Of a stretch of DNA of 64,000 bases, positions 1-11,400 are shown one piece after another (the stretch's first letter is position 1; each line of letters begins with the position of its first letter). Location of the stretch: positions 1,696,001 through 1,760,000 of the forward strand of contig CAXXVS010000002.1 of NCBI GenBank assembly GCA_963674755.2, read 5' to 3'. Position numbers and translations under genes: made by a program. A model generated the notes under the pieces. It was not told where the DNA came from. It searched no databases and was given only the letters and a program-made list of their open reading frames with translations. The DNA comes from Desulfobacterales bacterium. GTDB taxonomy: Bacteria > Desulfobacterota > Desulfobacteria > Desulfobacterales > UBA5852.

Positions 1-1538
1 GCCGCGATGGCAAAATAGAAGATGAAAAGATGCGCCGGCAACCCTGGCAGACCGAGGGTCACCAGAGCCGGTCCGAGAGCCGAGGCTGCGATGACATAGG
101 CGGCCGTGGTCGACATGCCCATGCCGAGGATGATGGCGACAATCATGACGGCGACAAGTGCCAGAAAGGCATTGGTGCCGGCCAAATTGACAATGAACTC
201 AGAAATTTTCACCCCGAGTCCGGTGGCGTTGATTAGCGTGACGACGACCTGGACGCAACTCATCATCACAATGAGCATGACCAGGGCGCCGTTGACCGCT
301 TTGTAAAAAGCCTGCAGGCTTGATTTGGTGCGTTTGCCGGTTTCTTTCCGGTTTAGCGGGCCGCCGATGAACAGGAAAATAGCCAACGCCGATACCAGAG
401 ACCATCCGGCACAGGTTTGCGGCGGAAGGTAATTAACAAGAAGATAGATCAGGATTCCGATCGGAATAAGAGTATTCAATAATTCCCGGGGATTGAAAAG
501 ATCGGCCCATTTGGGGATAAGACTTGCCGGAAGTTTACCGAGGCCATGTTTTCCTGCCAGCACGTAGATGCCGCTGCCGATTCCCACGAAATAGCAAATA
601 GCGGGTATGATGGCGGCAACCATGATGGACATGTACTTGACCCCGAGCAACTCGGCCATGACGAAGGCCCCGGCCCCCATGATGGGCGGCATAATCTGGC
701 CGCCCGAAGAGGCCGATGCTTCGGTTGCGGCCGCTATTTCATCGTTGTAACCGAGTTTTTTCATGGTTGGGATTGTGAAGGTACCCGTCGTGGCGACGTT
801 GGCCACAGAGGAACCGGAGAGCATGCCGAGCCCTGCGCTGGAGAGCAGCGCGATCTGGCCGGCACCACCCCGGATCCGTCCGCCGGTGAAACGGGACCAT
901 TTTATGAAAGTGTTGCCCACCCCGCATGCAAAAAGGATCGGTCCAAGCAATATGAAAATTGCGATCAGTCGACTCGTCAGATCCGTCAGAAGCCCCCAGA
1001 CCCCTTCCGTGGTAAGGTAGAAAATGTAAAGCAGTTCCTCGAGGCCATAACCGGCATGGCCGAGTTCTCCCGGAAGCAAATCCCCGAAAAGCGCATACGC
1101 CACGAAAGAGAACACGACAATCGGGACGATATTGCCCAGGGTCCGGCGGGTCCCTTCCACCAGCATGATAAACAAGATCGCTCCGAGCACCAAGTAATAG
1201 GTCTCGTAGGTCAGCGGATTGCTGACGATCGGTTCCCAGTTTATAATGATAAAAATGCACGGCGCGCTTCCCATTACGGTAAAAACGATGTCGAGGAGGG
1301 AGGGGGTGCTGTTCGTGCCGAACACCAGACTTGCCGCTGTTCGGGACGGGCCCTTTGCCAGCGCCTTCCTGCTGATCGGGTTGTTGATGAATACCAGGAG
1401 CATGCCGAAGGTAAGGATCACGGCCCCTTGCAGGGCAGGATGGAAAGGACGCCAGAGGGAAGTGAAAACAATAAAGGTTACGGTCAATGCCGTAATCGCC
1501 ACAACAATCCACTTCCAAACGCCCGTCAGTGCTCTCAT
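1..1538 (-). CDS. TRAP transporter fused 4TM/12TM permease (TAXI-associated), runs off window start
   Basis: Manual minus-strand translation from ATG 1538 (RBS CAGGAGG): MRALTGVWKW...GMLSGSSVANVATTGTFTIPTMKKLGY...EASASSGGQIMPPIMGAGAFVMAELLG, the signature of fused TRAP permeases. Absent from the ORF track because no stop lies in the window. Confidence 0.93.
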   Translation of the reverse strand, partial: MRALTGVWKWIVVAITALTVTFIVFTSLWRPFHPALQGAVILTFGMLLVFINNPISRKALAKGPSRTAASLVFGTNSTPSLLDIVFTVMGSAPCIFIIINWEPIVSNPLTYETYYLVLGAILFIMLVEGTRRTLGNIVPIVVFSFVAYALFGDLLPGELGHAGYGLEELLYIFYLTTEGVWGLLTDLTSRLIAIFILLGPILFACGVGNTFIKWSRFTGGRIRGGAGQIALLSSAGLGMLSGSSVANVATTGTFTIPTMKKLGYNDEIAAATEASASSGGQIMPPIMGAGAFVMAELLGVKYMSIMVAAIIPAICYFVGIGSGIYVLAGKHGLGKLPASLIPKWADLFNPRELLNTLIPIGILIYLLVNYLPPQTCAGWSLVSALAIFLFIGGPLNRKETGKRTKSSLQAFYKAVNGALVMLIVMMSCVQVVVTLINATGLGVKISEFIVNLAGTNAFLALVAVMIVAIILGMGMSTTAAYVIAASALGPALVTLGLPGLPAHLFIFYFAIA

Positions 1539-2002
1539 GATTTCCTCCTGTAAAACAGATCAGTTAATTCAGCTCAGTTGCCCAAGTGCAGACCGGAAAA
1601 ATTATTACCATGGGAAATCCCGTTTCAGGCAGCGGGCAAATGGCGCAGTGGGTCGAAATACAGCGTTATACCGTCTCTGAAAGTGCACACCTTTATCTGA
1701 TAGGCGACTGTTCCAATTTTAAGCAAACCACGCTGATCAGCACTATCCTTGTTTTCCCAGGGATATCCGTCCTGGTTGCGATGATCGTTAATTATAAGAA
1801 ATATGTGGGGTGGAGAGCGACGCACATGCTTTGGGTAGCGTCGGAAGACACCGGATTTTCTCCTCCCCACATATTGCGAACGATCTTTTTTTCTCAAAGC
1901 ACGCTCCCCATATCGTTGCCTGCAGATGCGTCCGGCTTTGTGACCGTGCATCCAATTAGGCCTTTGTCTTTTTCAGCCTAATCGGGTTTTAGTCCAAGCC
2001 GG

Positions 2003-2392
2003 TCAAGGTTTCAGGATTTCAACTTTGCAGACCGCTTCGGTCCCCTTGTCTCCGGTGGCCACCAAGTCCCAGAAACCCGGGATCGCCACATATTTGTGGG
2101 GATAGTTGGTTTTGGCTGCAAACGTTCCATCTTGCCCGGCTTGGATGGCCACGCCCTTTTTCCCGACGATGATGGGGACATCCTCCATGTTGAGCACGAG
2201 TTCAATGATCTCACCGGGGATGAACCCGCTTCCGGTCACATCCATGGCTTTACCGGGGACACCCGATCCGGAAACGGCGATGGTCGGCGTTGTATCCCCC
2301 GACCGCATGTCCTTTCCCGCACAACCGGAAAATGCCAGCACCAGGATCAGGCCGATAGAGATACCAGCGAAAACTTTCGGTAGTCTTTTCAT
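2003..2392 (-). CDS. small lipoprotein of unknown function (129 aa)
   Basis: RBS AAGGAGG before ATG 2392. Basic N-terminus, hydrophobic core and lipobox-like FSGC, followed by a Gly/Val-rich, probably beta-strand body. Confidence 0.75.
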   Translation of the reverse strand: MKRLPKVFAGISIGLILVLAFSGCAGKDMRSGDTTPTIAVSGSGVPGKAMDVTGSGFIPGEIIELVLNMEDVPIIVGKKGVAIQAGQDGTFAAKTNYPHKYVAIPGFWDLVATGDKGTEAVCKVEILKP

Positions 2393-2406
2393 CAGAACCT
2401 CCTTGC

Positions 2407-3399
2407 CTAACGTGCTTCGGGCGGAATGAGTCGATCCGGAACAGTGAAACCAAGTTCCCGATACGCCTTTACGGCACCCTTGTGAAGTGGGACCTCCATG
2501 AAATTGAGCGTATGGTTCCACATATCGCTCCATTTTCCATCACGGGCGATGGGGACCGAAGAGCCAATCTTTTCCCGGTGCTGGTACGCTGACTTAACAA
2601 TTTTATAAATCACGTCTTCAGGCACTCTTACGTGGCTATAGTCACCACAAGCGTAAGCCAGGCAGAGAACCGGATCGGTCTGCCCATCGTAAGTGTTGGC
2701 CGGAAGCGTGTATTCAAGAGAATGTTTTGGCCAGGCTTTTTCGAATTTGGCCAGATCGTCCTTGGTGACCGGCAGGAGAACGACGTCCATGGTCGATTGG
2801 ATTTCGAGAATGGAGGAATCGAGAGGGCCGATGCGGTAAAAGGCGTCAACCGATCCGGCCTTCATGGCATCGATCCCCGATGAGATCCCCATGAGTTTAT
2901 AGTCAGCCTTGATGCCCAACGATTCGAGAAACATTTTAGACAGCCGCCCCCCGGTGGTACCCGGGCTCATGACATAGGGCCGGCCGTCGAGTTCATAGAT
3001 GCTGTTGATGTTGCGGTCCTTGATGGCGACTTGAAGCACTGGGGCGACATATCCTCCCCACAGCCCGCGAAGCTGATCATCACCTTTACCCTCAAAGTCA
3101 GCGATTCCCTTGTAGCAGGCATATGCCGCCAGGTTGTGGGTAAGGCCGCAGTGGATCAGTCCTTTCTGAAGCCTGAGGATGTTGTCGAGGAACCCCCCGG
3201 TTTCCATGGGGGAGATCGTGACCTGCCCTTTAAGATCCTTGTTGACGGCTCTTGCCATGGTCGTGACATAGGCGAACGAGCCGATCCGTGGTGATACGGC
3301 CCCCCACTTTATCCTGTATGCCTTTGCGGCAAACGCCTCTGTTGCTGTGAAGGCGGCCATCGTCAAAACGACCATTATCGCAGCTAAAGCCTTTTTCAT
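2407..3399 (-). CDS. TAXI-family TRAP solute-binding protein
   Basis: Signal peptide; ETGGFLDNI, LPANTYDGQ, VPEDVIYKIVK and PLHKGAVKAYRE motifs; RBS AAGGAGG. Confidence 0.92.
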   Translation of the reverse strand: MKKALAAIMVVLTMAAFTATEAFAAKAYRIKWGAVSPRIGSFAYVTTMARAVNKDLKGQVTISPMETGGFLDNILRLQKGLIHCGLTHNLAAYACYKGIADFEGKGDDQLRGLWGGYVAPVLQVAIKDRNINSIYELDGRPYVMSPGTTGGRLSKMFLESLGIKADYKLMGISSGIDAMKAGSVDAFYRIGPLDSSILEIQSTMDVVLLPVTKDDLAKFEKAWPKHSLEYTLPANTYDGQTDPVLCLAYACGDYSHVRVPEDVIYKIVKSAYQHREKIGSSVPIARDGKWSDMWNHTLNFMEVPLHKGAVKAYRELGFTVPDRLIPPEAR

Positions 3400-3488
3400 G
3401 GTTCCCTCCTTTGCGGTTTATGGATACATCAAGCGTAAGGGTTTTCCCGCGCTTTTTTAAATATGTGAAGCTATCGTACATCAAAGCG

Positions 3489-4688
3489 TCATGGGCTCAC
3501 ATATTGCCGAATGATGTCGTCGGCTTTAAGCGCCCGGATTTTTTCATCGGCATATCCGATTTCTTTCAGAATCTCTTCGGTGTGCTCACCGAGAAGCGGT
3601 GGCATCATGCGAATTTTCCCCGGGGTTGCGGAAAGCTTGGTTGGGATGCCGAGCATTTGGATTTTTCCCCGCAACGCGTCTTCCATTTCGACAACCATCT
3701 CACGCGCCTTGGTCTGCTCCAGTTCGAGGGCTTCCTTGACAGTTCGGACCTTTCCGCACGGGACACCGCCTTCGTTTAGAAGCTCCACCCAAGCCTCGGT
3801 ATCATTTTCCAGGGTTGTTTTTTCGATCTCGTCTTGCAGGATTGCATGATTTTTGTTGCGGTCTTTAAGGGTCAGAAACCTGGGGTCTTCAAGAAGTTCC
3901 GTGCGGCCGAGAACACGGCTGCACAGATTTTCCCACAACCGCTGACTGCCGGCACCAATAATGACATAGCCGTCTTTGGTTTGAAATGTACCATAAGGCG
4001 TCTGCTGGGGATGTCGGTTGCCGGTCCTTGCGGGGGTCTCTCCAGTCGTAAAATAGTGCCCGGCCTGGTATGTAAGCAGCGCCAGAATACCGTCCATCAT
4101 GGCGCTGTCCACGTGTTGACCCTCGCCTGTTTTTTCCCGGGCAAGAAGGGCGGAGTAGATGCCGACCAAACCGTAAAATGCACCGATGAAATCGGTCAGG
4201 CCAATGCCTACCCGGGTTGGGACATCGAAACCGGTGATATCCATGAAGCCGGTATCCCCTTGAACAGAAACATCGAACCCGGATTTGTTTTGGAAGGGGC
4301 CGGTCTGACCATAGGCGGTGATCGAACAATAGACAAGTTTAGGATTGATTTCATGGACTTCCGGCCAGGAAAGCCCCATTTTTTTCATCAGGCCCGGACG
4401 GAAGTTTTCAACGAGAACATCGCTTTCTTCGATCAGCCGTTTGACAATCGCTATGCCTTCCGGACTTCTCAGATCAAGTGCTATGCTTCGTTTGTTTTTG
4501 TTAAGGGTTATGAAATAGTAGCTTTGGTCTCCAATGAAAGGGCCCCAGCTTCTCAGCTGGTCCCCGCGGTCGACTGGTGATTCAATTTTAACCACATCGG
4601 CACCGTGGTCGGCCAGCTGCATGGAGCAGAAAGTTCCAGAAACGAAACGGGTCAAATCGACGACCTTCAAACCCTCCAGAGCATACAT
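3489..4688 (-). CDS. CaiB/BaiF class III CoA-transferase
   Basis: LEGLKVVDLTR, GADVVKIE, NKNKRSIALDL, DVLVENFRPG, ITAYGQTGP, catalytic Asp in GLTDFIG, and PPLLGEHT. Confidence 0.95.
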   Translation of the reverse strand: MYALEGLKVVDLTRFVSGTFCSMQLADHGADVVKIESPVDRGDQLRSWGPFIGDQSYYFITLNKNKRSIALDLRSPEGIAIVKRLIEESDVLVENFRPGLMKKMGLSWPEVHEINPKLVYCSITAYGQTGPFQNKSGFDVSVQGDTGFMDITGFDVPTRVGIGLTDFIGAFYGLVGIYSALLAREKTGEGQHVDSAMMDGILALLTYQAGHYFTTGETPARTGNRHPQQTPYGTFQTKDGYVIIGAGSQRLWENLCSRVLGRTELLEDPRFLTLKDRNKNHAILQDEIEKTTLENDTEAWVELLNEGGVPCGKVRTVKEALELEQTKAREMVVEMEDALRGKIQMLGIPTKLSATPGKIRMMPPLLGEHTEEILKEIGYADEKIRALKADDIIRQYVSP

Positions 4689-4779
4689 TATCTACCTCCT
4701 TACGCCTCGCAGGTGAGCGGTTTTATAAAATCTGGAATGAGCATTGTTCATTAATATTATGAGAGTCATATTTTTATGC

Positions 4780-4866
4780 AAACAATAACATATTATGTTG
4801 TATGTCAAGTATTAAATCACACAACGAACTTTGGTGTTTGACATTCAGCATAAATTTCTCATAATA
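4780..4866. promoter_or_regulatory. divergent sigma70 promoters with candidate GntR operator
   Basis: Plus strand TTGACA (4838-4843) N16 CATAAT; minus strand TTGACA (4808-4803). The palindrome AACATA-T-TATGTT (4786-4798) lies in the minus-strand promoter spacer. Confidence 0.5.
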
Positions 4867-4895
4867 TTGATCAACTTGCAGATTGGAAAAGAACG

Positions 4896-5609
4896 ATGAA
4901 ACTGAGCCGAAAACCAAAAATTGTTAGAGTACCCAAACTCTCTGATCAGATTTCAGATTTTCTGATTTCTGAGATTGAGAGTGGAACCCTTAAGCCGGGC
5001 GAATTGCTCCCATCGGAGGCCGAACTTTCCGAACAATTCAATGTCAGTCGGACGGTGATCCGGGAGGCTCTGGGGCGTCTGAAATATGATGGGCTGCTGG
5101 AATCGAGTCAGGGCAGCCGATCAAAGGTTGCCGCTGACGGTTCCAAGCGAGTTTTTCGCATGAATCAGCTTGAGGCGAGCAATCTGGGAGAAATCGGTTT
5201 TCTTTATGAATTTCGGGCAATTCTGGAAAGCGAAGCGGCTGCACTGGCAGCAAAACGACGTACCGATGAAGACTTGGATGAAATGAAGAAACTTATCGCG
5301 GTCCTTAACCGCGCCAGCGAAGAACATCACGACGGAACGAATGAAAATGTTAATTTTCACAAAAGGGTGACCGACGCCAGCAAGAATCCTTATCTATATG
5401 ATTTCATGGAATTTCTCGGGAGCAAGATTCGTGATCTGGTCCAGGCAGATCGGGACAGTTCAAAACAAATCGGCCTTCCTCCGGAAGTACAGGAAGAGCA
5501 CATCGCTATTTTTGAAGCGATTTCACGAAAGGAACCCGAGGAAGCGCGCAAGGCTGTAAAAACGCACATCCAAAACGCAGCGAAACGCCGTGGGTTGAAC
5601 ATCTCTTAA
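4896..5609 (+). CDS. FadR/GntR family transcriptional regulator
   Basis: wHTH LPSEAELSEQFNVSRTVIREAL plus an FCD domain (FRAILESEAAALAA, NFHK, EHIAIFEAI). Confidence 0.95.
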   Translation: MKLSRKPKIVRVPKLSDQISDFLISEIESGTLKPGELLPSEAELSEQFNVSRTVIREALGRLKYDGLLESSQGSRSKVAADGSKRVFRMNQLEASNLGEIGFLYEFRAILESEAAALAAKRRTDEDLDEMKKLIAVLNRASEEHHDGTNENVNFHKRVTDASKNPYLYDFMEFLGSKIRDLVQADRDSSKQIGLPPEVQEEHIAIFEAISRKEPEEARKAVKTHIQNAAKRRGLNIS

Positions 5610-6356
5610 TCGATTAGATGGAAAAACTTTCCGGCAATGGCGGTTCTTTGATTGGTCGGAAAAAATTCAGGGGGAAGGCTGAATCGTCTAAAACCCTGTT
5701 TTTATTTATGGTGCCGCAGACCTAATTCCTTACAATAATTCAAATATATAAAAATTAGGCCGTTTCTATAAATCGTACCATTTCGGCTCCATATCAGAAT
5801 GGTAATCCGACATTTTAATCTCAAGCTTCCGTAAAACCTTCAAGATTTTTATAAAATATTCGCAGTGCCCCCTTCTGCAAGGAATTTGACACCTGTAGTC
5901 TAATAATTGTTTTAGCATTACAGATATTGGAAGGGCGATGCCTGCAATTTCAAAAGAAAAACGATAAATGCAGATATGCAATGTGAGCCTGTATCTATTA
6001 GTCGGAACTGTTAAGGTTTTATGGATTTTGCAGCGGTTTTGATTGGAACGTTGTGATTAATTGATTTCATTAGTGATATCTCAATAATTCAGCGCTTTGG
6101 AAAATGTCGGATTACGTGCCACTGTCCAGGATCCGGCAATCCTATAGGTAGGGCCCCCTAATCGGCAGCCTAGCACCCTGCCCTATTGCACTGACCCCGC
6201 AGCTTACCCGCGCACTTGAATGTCACAACCCCTGAGCCGGCGTTATCATCGGGTCGCCCGTTGCCGGATACCTCCCATCCACTGAGATTTTTCATTATCC
6301 TAAATGGCGCACTTACTCCACAGACCTGGTGCCGATCTTACCGCAGGGGTACAACC

Positions 6357-8459
6357 TCAGAACGCCATCCCAACGCTGAAGTGGAAAACCCAGGTGTCTT
6401 CGTTGCGGTCCTTGTCGGCATCGGGGTTCCAGGCCAGGTCGCAGCGCACCGGGCCGATGGGCAGCTTGTAGTGCAGCCCGAACCCGATGCCCGACCGCAT
6501 GTCCCTGAAGAAATCCCGGAGGGTATCGGAGACGGCATCGGCGCGGGTCTCCGGTGCGGGTCGACCCCCTTCGCTGATGGAGCGGTTGGGGGCCACGTTG
6601 CCGAGATCGTAGAACAGCGTGCCCGACAGGTCGCCGATCAGGCGCTGGCGCAGCTCCACGTTGATGGTATTGAAGGCCAGGCCGCCCACCGGATTGCCCG
6701 AACGGTCCTTGGGGCCCAGCTCCGACTCGCGGAAACTGCGCACGCTGTTCTCCCCCCCGTTGAAGAAACGCTCGCTGATGGGCACGTTGGTCTCCCCCGG
6801 CCCCGGATAGATGAAGCCCGTGGCATAACGCAGTCCCAGCACCGTGCCGGGTTTGAACGGATAGAAATAGCGCATGCCGGCGGTCAGGCGGGTGAAGGTG
6901 ATATCGCCCCCCAGGGCGTTGTCCGCGTGTTCGACGCTGAAGGTCAGGCGCCGGCCCCGGGAGGGATAGAAGGGATCGTCGCGGTCATCGAAGGTGGTCT
7001 GCAGCTTGAGGCTGCCGAAATTGTAGTTGTCTTCTCCGAGGTCCTCCAGGGCCACCAGGGGATCCACGTCGCTGATATCGGTATTACGCAGGGTATAGGT
7101 GGCCGTGGCCGAGACGTGTTCGCTCAACTGGCTGGAAAGCGAAGGCGACAGGCCGACGTCTTCCCGGGTAAAGGAAGGCTCTTCCCGGTAGCTGTAATAC
7201 AGGGGCACGTCCGCCGTAATTTCCGTATTCAGAAACCAGGGATCCGCCAGGCTGGCCACCACCTGACGGGATTTGGTCGAGACCGTGGTTTCGAGCCCCA
7301 GACTGCGTCCGCTTCCGAAGATATTCTTCTCGCGCCATCCCAGCCGCAGGCGGAGCAGTTCGTAGGACCCCCACCCCGGTTCGACATAGAATTCCCGGGT
7401 GGGGGCCTCGCTCACCGCCACCACCAGAATCCGCCGGCCGAATTCTCCCGGACCCTCGAGAGACAGATCCACCTTGGAGAACAGGCCGGTGCGGAAGAGC
7501 GCGCGAAAGCTTTCCCGTTCCTTTGTCAGGCTGTAGCGATCACCGGGGGCCAGCTTGAGCCGGCGGCGGATGAAGTCCGGATCGGTCTTGTGCGCGCCCT
7601 GCACCTCGATCCTGTCGATGGTCACCATAGGGCCGCTGGTGATCATCGCCACCAGGCGAATGCCTTCCGGGGCCGGCAGCCGCTGTTCATCCAGGGCCGC
7701 TTCCATATCGGCATAACCCTGATCGCCGTAGATTTCCTCCAGGCGGCTTTGGACCACCAAACGCAGACTGCGGTTGTAGGGCTGCCCCACCATGGCCTCC
7801 CGCAAGGCCCGCAGACCGGGGGTCACGGCCGTCGGGAGATCGCCGGTAAACCGCAGATCGGTCAAAAGATAGCGCCGCCCCTCGACAACCGGTATCTCGA
7901 CGGCGACACGGCTACGGTCAGGCGAGAAGATCAAACGGGGCGCTTCCACCCGAACGTCCAGGTAGCCCCGGGCCAGGTAATAATCCCGCACCCGGCCGGC
8001 GCCTGCCTCGATTTCCGACCGAACGTAGGGCGGCCTGCGGGACGGCCTAAAAATACTTTGCGTGGGTGTAAAGAGGGCCTCCAGATCCGCTTGGGGAACG
8101 GTCAGGTCGCCGGTGAAACGGATGCTCGCAACCACGACCTGGGGGCCTTCATCGACGGAAAAGACGACCAGTGTGTGGTCATCGCGGCGATTCCGGGTGT
8201 AGGTCACCCGGGCAAAGGCATAACCTTCCTGGCGGTAGTGAATCACCATCTGGAAGACGGCATCCACGAGATCGGCGTCGCGCCCCTTGTTCTGAATGAA
8301 AGTCTCCAGTTCGGCACCGGCGGCCCGGCGCAGGGCGGCATCGCTCATGTGGCGGTTGCCCACGAACCGGAATGTAAAACGGCCCTCGTCGGCGGCAGGG
8401 GCCGCCATCGGCAACCCCAGGAGCACGGCCAGGGCCAGCCCCAGGAGCCCGGCGGCCAT
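6357..8459 (-). CDS. tamA: Omp85 family outer-membrane assembly factor (TamA/BamA-like, about 3 POTRA domains plus barrel)
   Basis: Signal peptide; POTRA motifs (FVGNRHMSD, YLARGYLDV, LFRTGLFSKV); ERFFNGGENSVRSF loop-6 motif; C-terminal Phe; adjacent to tamB. Alternative TTG start at 8498. Confidence 0.85.
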   Translation of the reverse strand: MAAGLLGLALAVLLGLPMAAPAADEGRFTFRFVGNRHMSDAALRRAAGAELETFIQNKGRDADLVDAVFQMVIHYRQEGYAFARVTYTRNRRDDHTLVVFSVDEGPQVVVASIRFTGDLTVPQADLEALFTPTQSIFRPSRRPPYVRSEIEAGAGRVRDYYLARGYLDVRVEAPRLIFSPDRSRVAVEIPVVEGRRYLLTDLRFTGDLPTAVTPGLRALREAMVGQPYNRSLRLVVQSRLEEIYGDQGYADMEAALDEQRLPAPEGIRLVAMITSGPMVTIDRIEVQGAHKTDPDFIRRRLKLAPGDRYSLTKERESFRALFRTGLFSKVDLSLEGPGEFGRRILVVAVSEAPTREFYVEPGWGSYELLRLRLGWREKNIFGSGRSLGLETTVSTKSRQVVASLADPWFLNTEITADVPLYYSYREEPSFTREDVGLSPSLSSQLSEHVSATATYTLRNTDISDVDPLVALEDLGEDNYNFGSLKLQTTFDDRDDPFYPSRGRRLTFSVEHADNALGGDITFTRLTAGMRYFYPFKPGTVLGLRYATGFIYPGPGETNVPISERFFNGGENSVRSFRESELGPKDRSGNPVGGLAFNTINVELRQRLIGDLSGTLFYDLGNVAPNRSISEGGRPAPETRADAVSDTLRDFFRDMRSGIGFGLHYKLPIGPVRCDLAWNPDADKDRNEDTWVFHFSVGMAF

Positions 8460-8478
8460 CGCACGACCGCGGCGTTGG

Positions 8479-11400
8479 CTATTTGAACCGGAAGACAAAT
8501 TTCACTCCCGCATTATAGAAATCGAAGACATCCCGCTCCCCCGTGATGTAAATGCTGTCGCCGTCCCTTAGCACATCCTCCCCCAGCCGGAACTGGGCTT
8601 CCAGGGTTTCATCCCCCCCGCGTGTCACCCGGCGGCCGACGGTCACCTCGAAGCGGTCCAGGAGGGAGGTCCACGATTCCGTCTCCCCCCCGCCAAACCA
8701 CTGAAGCAGCAAATCCTGCCCGATATAGACGGCCAGATTCATGGGCACCCCCCGGCGCTCCGTGCTGTTCTTATCCGCCGGGGGCCGGCCTGTGATCAGC
8801 ATCAGCATCAACTCATCGCCGGGCAGCGGCGGCGAAGAGGACAAGGTCACCTGGGGTTCGTCGAGCGATCCCTCGATCAGGGCCGTTATGTCATAATTGA
8901 GGACCTTGCCCTCGCCCTGCAAATCCATCACGGGGCGGTTGGCCCGGGACGGCAGAAAGCGGATCACGCCCGACTGGAGCGTCATGAGACCGGCGGGCAG
9001 GCGCAGCCGGATGGGATCCAGGTAGACGTCGCCCGTGAGCAGGGGCAGCTCGCCCGTCCCCCCGAGATGGAGGTGGGGGCGCAAGCCGCCTTTGGCCACA
9101 TTGTTGGTCAGCTCGAAGGGGGTCTTGCTGTCGATGGTCACATCGAAGGTCATATCCTTCCATGGGGGATCCGGCAGCGAGAACAACACTTCCGAGGGGG
9201 TCCCGGCCGATGGGGGGGCTGATTTCAGAAAGCCGAAAAAATCGACGTTGCGTTTGAAACGGCTGTTGGTCAGGCCCACCTCGCCCTGGAGGGCCATCTT
9301 CGCCACGGGTCCTGTCAGGTGCAACGCGGTATCGGCCCGCACCCGGATGTCCGCGCTGCGGTAGAGCAGCAGATTGGTGCCGTCAAAACGGAAATCGGTC
9401 GTCCATTCGCCGCCGTCCGTTTTCCGAAGCGCGCCCGTCAGCTGGAACGGCGCGCCGCCGATCTCCCCCCCGCCGGAGCGCAGCACCACCTGCGTCCCGT
9501 CCGCTGCCAGGTCGGCATGGAGCGCTTCAAGCGGGGGAGCGTCGCCCTCGGGCTGCAGCCCGCCTTCTTCAAGGCGGAGATCGGCTTTCACCGTCGGGGC
9601 CTGCCAGGGGCCTTCGATGGCCAACGATCCCTTCAGGCGGCCGCTGATGCGCCGCACCCCCGGCAGCATGGCCGCCAGCCAGCCCAGGTCGGGAACGTCC
9701 AGATCCACAGCGCCGGCCACGGCCCCCCCGGGCCAGTGGCCGGTCCGGAAAGACCAGGGCGCCGCCGTCTCGTCGATGCGCCAATGCCCGGTTCCCTGAA
9801 GGGACATGCGCGCGGACGCGATGCGCAGTTCCACCAGGTCCGCGCTGCGCCCATGCAGGCGCACCAGCGCCTCCCCCTCAAAAGGCCCCTGGGGCTGGCC
9901 ATCGAGGGCGGGGGTCAGACGCAGGTCGTGAAGCACGCTCTGCAGGGTGCCGGTGGGCGCGGCCAGGGTGCCCGCCAGGTCGATCTCGGCAGTCAAACGC
10001 CCGCCGGCGATGGGGACATCCGGCACGGCGTCCTTCAGGATGGCCAGGTCGCCCAGAACCAGTTCGGCCTTGAGCTGCAGCGGCGCGCCGCTGTCCTGCC
10101 AACCGTCCCGATAGACCAGCGGTATGCGGCCTTCCGCCGACATCTGCTGACCGGCGTCATCGGTCCAGGTCCAGCGCCGGACCGCTAGGCCGCCCGCATC
10201 GAGGGCCAGGCCGAACTGCCCCTGCAAGGCGTGGGGCCATTGCCCGATCTGCATGCCGCGCAGGCTGCCGGCGAAATCGATGCGCGGGGCGGCCCCCGTT
10301 CCGGACAGCCGCAGGCGGGCGTCGGCATCTTCCAGAGCGCGCAGCGGGCCGTCCCATACAGCCAGCCAGGGCTCGGCCCGGATGCCGTCCAGCTCGACAA
10401 GCAGGTCCGCCGGAGCCGTCCCGCCCAGCCGGCCGCTGATGGCGATGCGGCCGGCCGAACCTGCCAATACCAGGGGCGTTATCTGCCAGCCGCCATCCGG
10501 CTGCCCCACAATTTGGGCCGGAGCCGCCAGGTTGAGGGCGGCGTCATCCTTTTGCAGGGAAAAGCGTGTCAGCCGGGCCGTCAGGGGACTGTCACCCTGA
10601 CCGAAGGCCATCTGCCCCGCCAGCATGAGATCGCCGGGGACGCTTTTCAAATCGATGCGCGTAATCGTCAATTGGTGCGGCGAGGCCTGCAAGGCCCCCT
10701 TGATTTGGGCGGCCGTCAGATCGCCCAGGCCGGCCTTGGTCAGGGTGAAGGCCGCCTGCAGATCGGGCAGCGCCAGGGTACCGGCAATGGTCGCTGTGAG
10801 GTCGACGTGCCCACGGGCCGGCCAGGCGGCGGGCAGCAGCGGATTGGCATAGGCGCCCATGTCCTGGATCTGCGCTGTCCAGCGGGTATCGGCCAGTTGG
10901 CCGGAGGCCAGGTTAACCCGGCCGCTGAGGGTGATATGGTCGTTGCCGTTGCGGAGGGCCACTTTTGGGACCCGCAACCACTCCCCGTCGATGCGGCCAT
11001 CCGCCACCAGCTGCCCCAGACGGATTCCGCCCAAATAAACGTCTTCGCCTTGGAGCGCCAAAGTCCCCCGGGGCGCCCGCAACGGGCCGGACAGTTTCAA
11101 GTGCCCCTGCAGCCGGCCGGCAAGGGGCGGCAGGGGCAGCAGGGCGGCGAAATCCGCAAGCGCCGGCACATCGAGGTCGGCCTCGGCTTCTAGATCGGCG
11201 TCTTTCCGCTGGTCGGCCAACGCGGCCAGGTCGACTTGCAGGCGCTTCAAATCGATCTGGCTGTCTCCGCAAGTCAATCTCCCTTCCGTCAATCGGAGAA
11301 GACCGGCCTGGACATGCCCCTGCACAGCCAGCTGGTGGGACGGGAGGGACGTTGCTGTCGGTTGGATATCCACGTTCCACAGGGCCGTCAGGGCCGGAAT

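Noticed and set aside
1586..1981. Short ORFs between lipoprotein and permease (e.g. a DUF1850-like subunit)
   Set aside because: No RBS, signal peptide or family motif in any frame examined.
5709..5790. Intact tRNA gene
   Set aside because: Only a 3' acceptor-like fragment; no T, D or anticodon arms.
5766..5981. 71-aa ORF in the AT-rich gap
   Set aside because: No RBS or recognisable motif.
6216..8486. 756-aa plus-strand ORF
   Set aside because: Antisense shadow of the Omp85 gene, typical of high-GC codon bias.
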